Below are positions 10,120 to 19,321 of a stretch of 64,000 nucleotides of DNA, in pieces. Position 1 is the stretch's first letter. The number at the start of each line of letters is the position of its first letter. Location of the stretch: the NCBI GenBank assembly GCA_963821505.1, contig CAWGEH010000010.1, positions 70,496 to 134,495 on the forward strand, in the 5' to 3' direction. The notes beneath the pieces are model-generated. The model searched no databases. It was not told the DNA's origin and saw only the letters and a program-made list of their open reading frames with translations. The translations under genes and the position numbers were made by a program. Origin of the DNA: an uncultured Alphaproteobacteria bacterium (GTDB lineage Bacteria; Pseudomonadota; Alphaproteobacteria; Rhizobiales; Xanthobacteraceae).

Positions 10120-11070
10120 ATGATCACGCGCAGGCATTTACTCGGCGCAGGCGCGGCGGCGGGGCTCGCCGCCGCTTTGGGCCAGCAGCGCCCGGCCGCC
10201 GCGCAGCCGCGCAATCTCGGCCCCAACCGGCTGGTGCTGCTGGGGACGCGCGGCGGACCGCGCATCACCGACTACAAGCCGAGCCCGTCGGCCAATCTCG
10301 TCGTCTGGAACAACGTTCCCTATGTGATCGACACCGGCTACGGCGCGACCTTCAAGCTGGTCGAGAGCAAATTCCCGTTGCCCGCCCTGCGCTACACGTT
10401 CATCACGCATCACCATTCCGATCACAACGCCGAGTTCGGGATGCTGGTCTACAACGCATGGGCGACCGGTCTGCAGACCCCCGTCGATGCCTATGGTCCG
10501 GCCGGCATGAAGCAACTCGCGCAGGGCTTCTGGGACGCTTACAAATTCGATATTGAAACCCGCATGGCCGACGAAGGCCGGCCCGACCTGCGCAAGCTCG
10601 TCAATGTGCATGAATACGGCGAAGGTCCGGTCATGGCCGCCGGCGACGCGAAGGTGACGGTGCTTCGCAATCAGCATCCGCCGATCACCGAGAGCTTTGC
10701 GCTCAAGTTCGAATTCCCGGGCAAGATCATCGTTTTTTCCGGCGACACCGCCTACTTTCCGCCGCTCGCGGCTTTCGCCAAAGGCGCGGACATTCTGGTG
10801 CACGAGGTGATGTACGCACCCGCGCTCGAGGATCTGGTGCGGCGCAATCCCAATGCCGCGACTCTCATGGCGCACCTCAAAGCCAGCCACACGCTGACCG
10901 CTGACGTCGGACGCATTGCCACCGACGCCGGGGTAAAAAAGCTCGTGCTCAGTCATTTGGTGCCGGCCGATGCCGTCGGGATGACCGAGCAGACGTGGGC
11001 CGACGCGGTGCGGCCGACCTTCACGGGCGATCTGGTGGTCGCGCACGATTTGATGGAAATCCCGCTGTGA
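10120..11070 (+). CDS. Tat-exported MBL-fold metallo-hydrolase
   Basis: Twin-arginine leader MITRRHLLGAGAAAG, metal motif ITHHHSDHN, and a GGAGAG RBS before ATG 10120. Track ORF 9961..11070 was trimmed. Confidence 0.85.
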   Translation: MITRRHLLGAGAAAGLAAALGQQRPAAAQPRNLGPNRLVLLGTRGGPRITDYKPSPSANLVVWNNVPYVIDTGYGATFKLVESKFPLPALRYTFITHHHSDHNAEFGMLVYNAWATGLQTPVDAYGPAGMKQLAQGFWDAYKFDIETRMADEGRPDLRKLVNVHEYGEGPVMAAGDAKVTVLRNQHPPITESFALKFEFPGKIIVFSGDTAYFPPLAAFAKGADILVHEVMYAPALEDLVRRNPNAATLMAHLKASHTLTADVGRIATDAGVKKLVLSHLVPADAVGMTEQTWADAVRPTFTGDLVVAHDLMEIPL

Positions 11071-11107
11071 TCGGCGTGACGCGCAGCCCGTACCCGCTCT
11101 AGCGGAG

Positions 11108-12361
11108 ATGAGCATGCCGGCCCAACGTTTCGACTTCCCCAACGCAGCAGGGCAAAGCCTTGCCGCCCTCCTCGACCGCCCCCCGGGAGAGCCGCGCGCC
11201 TATGCGCTGTTCGCTCACTGCTTTACCTGCGGCAAGGACGTCCACGCCGCCCGGCGCATTGCCGAAGGGCTGACTGCGCTCGACGTCGCCGTGCTGCGCT
11301 TCGACTTCACCGGGCTCGGATCGAGCGAAGGCGAATTCGCCAATACCACCTTTTCCTCGAACGTCGCCGATCTCGTCGCGGCGGCGGACGCGCTGCGGCG
11401 CAGCGGGCGGGCACCGGCGATCCTCATCGGCCACAGCCTTGGCGGCACGGCGGTGCTCGCCGCGGCCGCCGACGTCCCGGAGGCCCGCGCGGTGGTGACG
11501 ATCGGCGCGCCGAGCGATCCCGCCCACGTCACGGGCCTGTTCAAGGATCATCTTGACGACATCGGCGCGAAGGGTGAGGTCGCGGTTGCGCTGGCGGGCC
11601 GGCAATTTCGCATCAGCCGGGCATTCGTCGAGGACCTCGCACAGCACAAGCTGCTGGAACGCATCGCCAACCTGCGCAAGGCATTGCTCATCTTTCACTC
11701 GCCGACCGACGCGGTGGTCGCCATCGACAATGCGAGCCGCATCTTCATCGCCGCCAAGCATCCGAAAAGCTTTGTCTCGCTTGCCGGCGCCGATCACCTG
11801 CTGAGCCGCCGCAGCGATGCCGGCTACGTCGCCAATGTCATCCACGCCTGGGCCGAGCGCTATCTCGACCTGCCGGAGCTGGCGCCCGACTTGCCGCACG
11901 AGCCCGACGACGTCGTCGTTCGCGAAACGCGCCGGGGCCGCTTTCAACAGGCGATCACCGTCGGTCCGCACCGTTTCCTGGCCGACGAACCGGTCGACGT
12001 CGGTGGGCTCGGCAGCGGTCCGGGTCCCTACGATCTAGTGCTGGCGGGGCTTGGAGCTTGCACCGCAATGACGCTTCGCCTCTATGCCGAGCGCAAGGCG
12101 CTGCCGCTCGAGCGGGTGACGGTCAAGCTCAACCACTCCAAGATCCACGCCGCCGATTGCGAGACCTGCGAGACTCAGGAGGGGATGATCGATCGCATCG
12201 AGCGTGCGATCAGCTTGCGCGGCAGGCTCGACGCGGATCAGCGCCAGCGGCTCATGGAGATCGCCGACAAGTGTCCGGTGCATCGTACGCTGACCTCGGA
12301 GGTCGAAATTCGGACCGTGGAGCAACGCGATGACGATGATCCAGCGGCGCCGAGAACGTAG
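11108..12361 (+). CDS. bifunctional alpha/beta hydrolase / OsmC-family protein
   Basis: The N-terminal half has the nucleophile elbow GHSLGG. The C-terminal ~140 aa (GPGPYDLVLAGLGACTAMTLRLYA...CPVHRTL) is OsmC/Ohr-like. Confidence 0.85.
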   Translation: MSMPAQRFDFPNAAGQSLAALLDRPPGEPRAYALFAHCFTCGKDVHAARRIAEGLTALDVAVLRFDFTGLGSSEGEFANTTFSSNVADLVAAADALRRSGRAPAILIGHSLGGTAVLAAAADVPEARAVVTIGAPSDPAHVTGLFKDHLDDIGAKGEVAVALAGRQFRISRAFVEDLAQHKLLERIANLRKALLIFHSPTDAVVAIDNASRIFIAAKHPKSFVSLAGADHLLSRRSDAGYVANVIHAWAERYLDLPELAPDLPHEPDDVVVRETRRGRFQQAITVGPHRFLADEPVDVGGLGSGPGPYDLVLAGLGACTAMTLRLYAERKALPLERVTVKLNHSKIHAADCETCETQEGMIDRIERAISLRGRLDADQRQRLMEIADKCPVHRTLTSEVEIRTVEQRDDDDPAAPRT

Positions 12362-12530
12362 ACTGGCTGGGACCGGCAATCGCGCGCGAGGATCAATGAG
12401 CGCGAACCTGCGTGGGGCATGTGTCGGCTGGCAGCTCTGAGCAACCAAGTTCCATCAAGATGGTCGGCCGTCGCACATTGCTGCGGTGGAGATACACCTT
12501 TGCAGTTCTATCGCGTGCGACGCTTTCTTC

Positions 12531-12556
12531 GGAACCGCGCTTCGGGTTCCGCCGTT
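12531..12556 (+). promoter_or_regulatory. candidate EcfG-type general-stress promoter (GGAAC-N17-CGTT)
   Basis: GGAAC at 12531-12535, a 17-nt spacer, and CGTT at 12553-12556, about 105 nt upstream of the DUF892 gene start. Confidence 0.5.
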
Positions 12557-12661
12557 GGGCCGGTGTGACGGGCGGCGTGCGCGCAGCATCGCGACGACGG
12601 CACGACCGCCCGGCTACCAAACGCCGACACAAAACCAAACGCCAGCAGAAAGGGCGGAGCC

Positions 12662-13168
12662 ATGGGCTTCTTTTCCAAAGACCTCAAAACCATGAATGAC
12701 CTGTTCGTGCACACGCTGCGCGACATCTACTATGCCGAGAACCAGATCGTGAAAGCGCTGCCGGAGATGATCGAGAAGGCGAGCGATCCGCAGCTCAAGC
12801 AGGCGTTCCAATCCCATCTCAACGAAACCAAGAACCAGGTGAAGCGCCTCGAGCAGGTGTTTCAGATGCACGGCGCCGAGGCCCGGGCCGTCGACTGTCC
12901 GGCCATCGACGGCATCATCGAGGAGACCGACGACATCGCCGGCGAGATCGACAACAAGCAGGTGCTCAATGCGGCGCTCGCGGCGGCGGCGCAGGCGGTC
13001 GAGCACTACGAGATCGCCCGCTATGGAACCCTGATCGCCTGGGCCAAGCAGCTCGGCCGCAACGATTGTGCGAGCGTGTTGCAGAAGAACCTGGACGAGG
13101 AGAAGGCCGCCGACAAGAAGCTGACCCAAATCGCCGAAGCGCGGCTCAACCTCAAGGCCGCGAGCTAG
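12662..13168 (+). CDS. ferritin-like DUF892 protein (YciE/YciF family)
   Basis: 168 aa. LFVHTLRDIYYAENQIVKALPEM and EHYEIARYGTLIAWA blocks are typical of the family. An AGGGCGGAG RBS precedes the start. Confidence 0.9.
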   Translation: MGFFSKDLKTMNDLFVHTLRDIYYAENQIVKALPEMIEKASDPQLKQAFQSHLNETKNQVKRLEQVFQMHGAEARAVDCPAIDGIIEETDDIAGEIDNKQVLNAALAAAAQAVEHYEIARYGTLIAWAKQLGRNDCASVLQKNLDEEKAADKKLTQIAEARLNLKAAS

Positions 13169-13290
13169 CACGTTTTCCGGCGAAAGCCTGCCCTGGACTT
13201 GATCCGGGGGAACCGGTTCGCCCCAGCAAACGCGTCAAGCGCAAGGACGCGGTTTCCGGTTCCAACGGAACGGAACCGCTCTCGCCCATC
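13165..13290. repeat. diverged member of the CTAG-initiated dispersed intergenic repeat family
   Basis: It starts at the CTAG containing the DUF892 stop codon. It shares the blocks ctagc, ttccgg and gggaaccggtt with the 106-bp repeats at 27161 and 31144. The extent is approximate. Confidence 0.35.
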
Positions 13291-13608
13291 CGTGGTTGAT
13301 GTGACCGCCGTGTTCCGGTGATCGCGGTCCCGGGCTGGCGGGTCGCCACAACATCCAACTGCGAAATGGCAAACTGCCTTCGCGCAGACGAGACAGATCG
13401 AGATGGACCACGGGGCCAGGTTCGGCTGCGATCCGCGATCCCTTCCCACTCCACGGCCCACGCCGAAGTGCGACAACACGGCGCTGCGACACGAGCGCCC
13501 GCGACATTGCGCCGGCGGCCGCGGGCGCGACGGATCGTCTCGCCGCGATTGATCCTGCGGCGGGCATCGCCGAGCCTTCGGATGCGCAACGCAAACGGGG
13601 GCAAGGCC

Positions 13609-13827
13609 ATGAGCTTGCTGGTAGTGTTCATCATAAGCTTGCTGGTTGGTCAGTCGATCTCCATCGGTGTCGGCTTGCTGGTCGAACGTTATTGGAACCC
13701 GCACGCCGGCCTCGTGACCTTTATCGGGTTTTATTTCGCCATGTTCTGGCTGGCTTGGCGCTTCGCGGTCCGTCTGACCAGGCCGAGCGCGCGGCTGGCG
13801 AGCCCGCTCGGTAGCGCCGAAGAATGA
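13609..13827 (+). CDS. small two-TM membrane protein
   Basis: 72 codons from ATG 13609 (MSLLVVFIISLLVGQSISIGVGLLV...FIGFYFAMFWLAWRF) within track ORF 13318..13827. No family was recognised. Confidence 0.45.
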   Translation: MSLLVVFIISLLVGQSISIGVGLLVERYWNPHAGLVTFIGFYFAMFWLAWRFAVRLTRPSARLASPLGSAEE

Positions 13828-13920
13828 TCGCCGCGCCGGCGTGCGAGGCCGTGCGCCGCGTCATTGGACAGACGCGATCGCGGCGATGGCGGACCACGTC
13901 CCGCCGTCGCCAGCGGAAGG

Positions 13921-14217
13921 TCACTTGGGCTGCACGCTTTGATCTCCGCCGGGGGTGCCCGGCGCAGGAATGACCTTGATCTCGCCTCCGCTCGGCGGCT
14001 TCACCTGCATCTCCCGGTCGAGCCCAGCCGGCGGGCAGATGACGCCCTTGGACTGGGCAAGTTTGTCGCTCAACGATCCGGAACTGCCGCTACCGACCGT
14101 CGGGCCCCCGCCTTTGACATCAGGCGGGCAAGCGGCGCCTTGCTGCGCAGGCGCGGCTCCGCCCGATTGCGCCAACGCGCTACTTCCCGAGCCAAGGCTG
14201 ATCAGCACTGCCGTCAT
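13921..14217 (-). CDS. small exported Pro/Gly-rich protein
   Basis: 98 codons from ATG 14217 (MTAVLISLGSGSSALAQS...VIPAPGTPGGDQSVQPK). An alternative TTG start at 14235 has a better-placed GGAAGGA RBS. It has its own GGAAC-N17-CGTT promoter. Confidence 0.6.
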   Translation of the reverse strand: MTAVLISLGSGSSALAQSGGAAPAQQGAACPPDVKGGGPTVGSGSSGSLSDKLAQSKGVICPPAGLDREMQVKPPSGGEIKVIPAPGTPGGDQSVQPK

Positions 14218-14275
14218 CAGGATGGTCGAGCGCAAGGTATGTTCCTTCCGAACGCGCACAGTCCACGCAAGAACC

Positions 14276-14301
14276 AACGCGTCGAGCATCCCAAGCGTTC
14301 C
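14276..14301 (-). promoter_or_regulatory. candidate EcfG-type general-stress promoter (GGAAC-N17-CGTT)
   Basis: On the minus strand, GGAAC lies at 14301-14297, followed by a 17-nt spacer and CGTT at 14279-14276. This is about 57 nt upstream of ATG 14217. Confidence 0.5.
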
Positions 14302-14365
14302 CGCGCGTGTCGCGGAGCGCAGCGCGCTCTCGGGCGACCGCGGCGAGGCGTCAGGCGTGCCGATG

Positions 14366-15646
14366 CTACTGGTTGTTCGGGCCGCGCATCGAAAGTTCGG
14401 GCAGCGCCGCGTCGAAGGCATTGCCTTTCTTGCCCGCGGCAACACCGAATTCGTAGAGCGCCTGCATATATTTGCCGTCGAACGGACCGCGGCTGGGATG
14501 GTCGAAGGCCGCGTCGACATGGGCGATGCGCACGCTGATGCCGTGACGCTGGGCGCCGACATAGGTCAGCATGATGTCCGCGCGCAATGCCGCCGTCAGC
14601 GCGACCGCGATCGAGCGGCCGAGGACACCGGCAATGCTGTGATCGGGCATCTTGAATTCAGGGCCGAGCTTCGAGTTCACCAGCACGTAGAGCTGGGTCA
14701 GCGGCGGCCGCGAAGAGTTGCCGGCCGACAGCATTGCTTCCGGCATGACGAAGAACGGCGCCGTGATCGTGCCGTCGCTGTGCAATTCCTGGAACTTCCT
14801 GCCATTGGCCTCCACGCTGATTTCGACGGGTGAGAAGAACCCGGGAATGCTGGACGACGCGAGCAGAATTTGGCGGAAGAGCCTGAGCGCCGCTTCGTCG
14901 CCGCGCGACGCGATCGCGCCCATGTTCCAGACCACGCGGCGTCCGGCGTCGAGATTGGTGGTTGCGACGAACAGGCGCCGGCCGCGCGCGTGCTCGGCGG
15001 CGATCTCCGAGAGCAGCTTCGGAGTTACGCGCTCCTCGACCAATTTCTTGAGCGGCCAGTAGTCGAACAGGCTGTCGCGGGTTACTCGGTCTTCGAATAT
15101 GTCCGCCGCACCGATGGTGGTGAAATTCTTGTGCACCTCCTCGTCGTAGCGGGGGCCGAGAAAAGCAAATGGCGCAATCAGCGCGCCGATGCTGACACCC
15201 GTCACCACGGCGAATTCGGGCCGCGTGCCTGATTCGGTCCAGCCCGTGAGCACGCCTGCGCCGAAGGCACCGTCCGAGCCGCCGCCGGAAATCGCCAGCC
15301 ATGGTCCGCTCGCTTGCGGCAGCAGGCGCGCGAAATCGGCGGCGGAATCGCCCCAGACCCGCGCATCCGGAATGCCGGGAATCACCGCCGCATCATCTTC
15401 TTCGGCTGTGAACGGAACGCGCTCCTGGCGGTCCTTCGCCGCGACTTTCGGAGCCGGGCTTTTTCTGTCGACCTTTTTCCTCGCCTGCGCCAGCGTCTGC
15501 GCCTGGGCCGACGCCTTCTCGAGCGGCGGCGACCAGACCGAGAGCGTGCAAAGCATCAGCCCGGCGGCAAAAACGGCACAAATGCGCAAGGTGTGCAAAG
15601 TTGCTCTCCGGCTTCGACGCGCGGCATTCCGACAGAATTCTAGCAT
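14366..15646 (-). CDS. patatin-like phospholipase, exported
   Basis: Oxyanion loop ISGGGSDGAFGAG, nucleophile GVSIGA (G-x-S-x-G), Asp dyad region HSDGTI, and an N-terminal hydrophobic leader. The start is uncertain. Confidence 0.85.
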   Translation of the reverse strand: MLEFCRNAARRSRRATLHTLRICAVFAAGLMLCTLSVWSPPLEKASAQAQTLAQARKKVDRKSPAPKVAAKDRQERVPFTAEEDDAAVIPGIPDARVWGDSAADFARLLPQASGPWLAISGGGSDGAFGAGVLTGWTESGTRPEFAVVTGVSIGALIAPFAFLGPRYDEEVHKNFTTIGAADIFEDRVTRDSLFDYWPLKKLVEERVTPKLLSEIAAEHARGRRLFVATTNLDAGRRVVWNMGAIASRGDEAALRLFRQILLASSSIPGFFSPVEISVEANGRKFQELHSDGTITAPFFVMPEAMLSAGNSSRPPLTQLYVLVNSKLGPEFKMPDHSIAGVLGRSIAVALTAALRADIMLTYVGAQRHGISVRIAHVDAAFDHPSRGPFDGKYMQALYEFGVAAGKKGNAFDAALPELSMRGPNNQ

Positions 15647-15724
15647 TTCTGGGGCGCTTGCCCGCGGTCACACCCAAGCTGGGCAGGGAGCATGACCCGT
15701 ATGCCGTCGGTCACCCTCCGATGC

Positions 15725-16102
15725 TCATCCCTGGGTCGCGCTCCAGACGCCCGAACAGCTTCCTGAAGGACCACGGCCGCGCCACGTTCCACCGCCGCGG
15801 CCGCCGGACAGCCGGCCCGACCCGATGGCATTTTGGCCGCCCGACGACACGCTCACGCTGACTTGGCCCGAGCGCGCTACACGACCCGACACGCTGACCG
15901 CTCCGCCGCCCAAATAGGAGACGGAGCCGCCGCGAATCATCACGCCGTAGCGGTAGGACTGGTCGCAGGGGCCGCTCTTGGTGATGACGAGCACGCTCCA
16001 CGGGCCATCGAACGAGGCCGCATCGGCGGGTGGAGCGGCATACAAGGCGGTGCCGGCGAGAAGTGTCGCCAGCGCAACAGCGCGGATGGAGTGGCAGATC
16101 AT
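15725..16102 (-). CDS. small exported Gly/Ser/Thr-rich two-Cys protein, paralog B
   Basis: 125 codons from ATG 16102 with a signal peptide (AVALATLLAGTALYAAPPADA). It shares the same conserved blocks as 9495..9887. Confidence 0.6.
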   Translation of the reverse strand: MICHSIRAVALATLLAGTALYAAPPADAASFDGPWSVLVITKSGPCDQSYRYGVMIRGGSVSYLGGGAVSVSGRVARSGQVSVSVSSGGQNAIGSGRLSGGRGGGTWRGRGPSGSCSGVWSATQG

Positions 16103-16407
16103 CGGGACCTCGTATTGGCCTCGCGGCGCCTTTATCGAATCGAAAGCGCCCGGTTGTGGTCGCTGTGCCTTTTCTTCATCATGGGCAGGGCGATCGTCGA
16201 GCTCGCTCACAACCCGGCGACGGCATGGTTAGCAGAAGGCGTGGGACGAAAGAAGGGGCTTTGCCCGGCATGCACGCCGCTGAAATGGCCAGCGCGCCAC
16301 CCGCCTCACGATCATGTTATTATTGTGATCGGCCAGCGCTGGGCCACGCCTCGGTTTGCGCCGGCCGGCTCTTTCGCCAAAAGTCGGCAAATGGCAAGAG
16401 GAACGCT

Positions 16408-17256
16408 ATGAAACCCATCCGTCTGTCCGTTACGCTCGCCGCGACCCTCGCCATTTCGCTCGCGGCTGTCCAAATTCTTGTGCAGCGCGCCTCGGCGCAA
16501 GGCAGCAAACCCGGGGTCGAGCGCCTCTACATCCTGAATTGCGGGGAGGGCGTCGCCGGCGACATTTCGCGCTGGTCGCCGGGCGTGAACGAGGGCAAGT
16601 CGATGGATTTCGTCGACACCTGCTACCTCGTCAAGCACAGCCAGGGCTGGCTTCTGTGGGACACCGGAGTGGCTGATGCGATCGCCGCCATGCCCGATGG
16701 TCAGCGTCCCGCCGATCCCCGCATGACCCATTGGCGCCGCCCGAAGACGCTTGCGGCAGAACTCGATCGGCTCGGCGTGCGGTTGTCCGACATCAAGTAC
16801 GTGGCGGTCTCGCACACGCATCCCGACCACATCGGCAACGTGATGATGTTCCCGCACAGCATGCTGCTGGTGCAGAAAGCCGAATATGAGTGGCCGTCGC
16901 CGGTCGGTCCGCGCTTCAAACCCGACCATCCCGTGACCAAGCTCGAGGGCGACCACGATGTCTTCGGCGACGGCAGCGTGACGATCATCTCGACCCCCGG
17001 ACACACGCCCGGCCATCAGAGCCTGCTGGTCAAACTGCCAAAGACCGGCGCGGTGCTGCTCTCGGGCGATGCGGTGCATTTCAAGGACAATTGGGAGCAC
17101 CGGCGCGTGCCCGCGAACAACGACAACAAGGACAAGACGCTCGCCTCGATGCAGCGCATGGCGGACGTCATGGCGAAGGAAAAGGCGCAGCTCTGGATCA
17201 ATCACGACAAGGCCCAGCGCGACGGCCAGAAAATGTCGCCCGACTTCTACGAGTGA
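16408..17256 (+). CDS. exported MBL-fold hydrolase, N-acyl-homoserine-lactonase-like
   Basis: Signal peptide MKPIRLSVTLAATLAISLAAVQILVQRASA, motif SHTHPDHIGN, and TPGHTPGH later in the protein. The RBS is AAGAGGAA. Track ORF 16030..17256 was trimmed. Confidence 0.8.
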   Translation: MKPIRLSVTLAATLAISLAAVQILVQRASAQGSKPGVERLYILNCGEGVAGDISRWSPGVNEGKSMDFVDTCYLVKHSQGWLLWDTGVADAIAAMPDGQRPADPRMTHWRRPKTLAAELDRLGVRLSDIKYVAVSHTHPDHIGNVMMFPHSMLLVQKAEYEWPSPVGPRFKPDHPVTKLEGDHDVFGDGSVTIISTPGHTPGHQSLLVKLPKTGAVLLSGDAVHFKDNWEHRRVPANNDNKDKTLASMQRMADVMAKEKAQLWINHDKAQRDGQKMSPDFYE

Positions 17257-17264
17257 GGAGACGC

Positions 17265-18245
17265 ATGGTTCAGCACGTGGGCCGGGGCATTGTCCTCGGC
17301 GCGGTTCTTGTCGTCGCGCCGGCGATCGGCGCGGCGCAAGCGCAGACCGGTTTTCCCAACCGGCCGATCACCATGGTCGTGCCGCTGCCGGCGGGCGGAA
17401 CGGCGGATCTGCTCTGCCGTTTCGCCGCGGAGAAAGCGAGCGGGCTGCTTGGACAGCAGGTGATCATCGAGAATCGCGCCGGCGGCGCGGGCGGACGGGT
17501 CGGCACCGAATTGGTGCTGCGGTCGCCGCCCGACGGGTATACCGTCCTGTGCGCGCCCCAACTCACCTTCAGCATAACCCACCTCGTGTTTGCCAAGGCG
17601 GCGTTCGATACCCGCGCGATGGAGCCCATCAGCGTGCTCGCGACCTATCCGCTGGTCGTGCTCGCGCGTGCGGGGCTGCCGGCCAACAACATGGCGGAGT
17701 TCATCGCTTATGCGCGGGCCAATCCCGGCAAGGTCAATTACGGCCATCAGGGCAAGGGCAATACCGGACACCTGCTCGGCGAGCTGCTGATGCTCAAGGG
17801 CAATTTTCGCATGACGGAAATTCCCTATCGCGGCAGCGCGCCGGCAATCAACGATCTGTTGGCGGGAAACATCGATATCGTTCCGGATTATCTGCTCGCC
17901 AACAAGCAGAATATCGACGCCGGCAAGCTCAAGCTTCTCGCCACCGGCGGGCGCGCGCGGCTCAAGGACTATCCCAACGTCGCGACCTTGGCCGAGACGC
18001 TGCCCGGCGTCTACGCGGACACCTGGATGGGCGTGGCCGCTCCGGCCGGCACGCCGAAGGAAGCCGTCAAGAAAATATCGGACGCGATCGGGCAGGGGTT
18101 CCAGGCGCCCGAGCTGCGCGCGCGTATTCTCGGCCTCGAGGCGCAGCCGCTGGGCAGCACGCCCGAGCAGATGCGCGCGATCATCAAGGCCAGCACGGAG
18201 CAGTGGGGCCCGGTGGTCGAAGCCGCCAAGATCGTCGTCGAGTAG
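17265..18245 (+). CDS. Bug-family (TctC-type) tripartite tricarboxylate transporter substrate-binding protein
   Basis: NRPITMVVPLPAGGTADLL, ENRAGGAG and IPYRGSAPAINDLLAGNID blocks are present. ATG 17265 lies within track ORF 16890..18245. Confidence 0.85.
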   Translation: MVQHVGRGIVLGAVLVVAPAIGAAQAQTGFPNRPITMVVPLPAGGTADLLCRFAAEKASGLLGQQVIIENRAGGAGGRVGTELVLRSPPDGYTVLCAPQLTFSITHLVFAKAAFDTRAMEPISVLATYPLVVLARAGLPANNMAEFIAYARANPGKVNYGHQGKGNTGHLLGELLMLKGNFRMTEIPYRGSAPAINDLLAGNIDIVPDYLLANKQNIDAGKLKLLATGGRARLKDYPNVATLAETLPGVYADTWMGVAAPAGTPKEAVKKISDAIGQGFQAPELRARILGLEAQPLGSTPEQMRAIIKASTEQWGPVVEAAKIVVE

Positions 18246-18259
18246 CGGGACAACGTCGG

Positions 18260-19279
18260 ATGAGCAGACGCATGGTGGTTCTTGGTCACGTCGGCGGTTC
18301 GCGGCGCCATTTCGGACGCTGCCTGATCACGGCGGCGGTTGCGCTCGTGGTCGCGCTCGCCGCATCCCCCAATGCCGGGGCGCAGGATTATCCCTCGCAC
18401 CCGGTGAAGATCATCGTGCCGTTTCCCGCCGGCGGCACCGCCGACGTGATGCCGCGCATCTTCGCCGACTGGCTGTCGAAGAAGTGGGCTCAGCCGGTGG
18501 TGGTCGAGAATCGCACCGGCGCCGCCGGCAATATCGGCGCCGAAGCGGTCGCCAAGGCCGATCCCGACGGCTATACGCTTCTCTCCGCCCCGCCGCCGCC
18601 GCTCGTGATCAATCAGAATCTTTATCCGAAGCTCGGCTTCGACCCGACCGAATTCGTGCCCATCGTGATCATGGGCCGCGTGCCGAACGCGCTCGTGATC
18701 AATCCGAAACTGCCGGTCAAGAGCGTCGCCGAACTGATCGCCTACGCCAAAGCCAATCCCGGCAAGCTCACTTCCGCCACCCAGGGCAACGGCACCACCT
18801 CGCATCTCACCTCCGAGATGTTCCAGATGATGGCAGGGGTCAAATTCCAGCAGGTTCCCTACCGCGGCTCGGCCCCGGCCCTGACCGATCTCGTCGGCGG
18901 CAGCGTCGATCTCATGTTCGACAATCTCGGCGTCTCGCTCCCGCTGGTCCGCGGCGGGCAGCTCAAGCTGCTGGCGGTCGCGACCCCCAAGCGCATGGCC
19001 TCGCTGCCCGATGTGCCGACGATCGCGGAAACGCTGCCCGGGTTCGAATCGGCGGCCTGGTTTGCGATCGTGGCGCCGCCGAAGACGCCGCAGGCGGTCG
19101 CCGACAAGATCAACGCCGACGTCAACGAAGCGCTGCGGCAGCCCGAGATCATCGCGCGTCTCGCGCAGCTCTCGGCCGAACCTATCGGCGGCACGCCGCA
19201 GGCGACCGCCGCCTATATGCGCGACGAGGTCGAGCGTTGGCACAAGGTGATCAAGGCCGCCAACGTGAAGCTCGATTGA
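18260..19279 (+). CDS. Bug-family (TctC-type) substrate-binding protein
   Basis: SHPVKIIVPFPAGGTADVM, ENRTGAAGNIG and VPYRGSAPALTDLVGGSVD blocks are present. ATG 18260 lies within track ORF 17069..19279. Confidence 0.85.
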   Translation: MSRRMVVLGHVGGSRRHFGRCLITAAVALVVALAASPNAGAQDYPSHPVKIIVPFPAGGTADVMPRIFADWLSKKWAQPVVVENRTGAAGNIGAEAVAKADPDGYTLLSAPPPPLVINQNLYPKLGFDPTEFVPIVIMGRVPNALVINPKLPVKSVAELIAYAKANPGKLTSATQGNGTTSHLTSEMFQMMAGVKFQQVPYRGSAPALTDLVGGSVDLMFDNLGVSLPLVRGGQLKLLAVATPKRMASLPDVPTIAETLPGFESAAWFAIVAPPKTPQAVADKINADVNEALRQPEIIARLAQLSAEPIGGTPQATAAYMRDEVERWHKVIKAANVKLD

Positions 19280-19321
19280 CGGCCGCCGCCGCCGCGCGCC
19301 GACCGACGCAGAGAGAGATGC

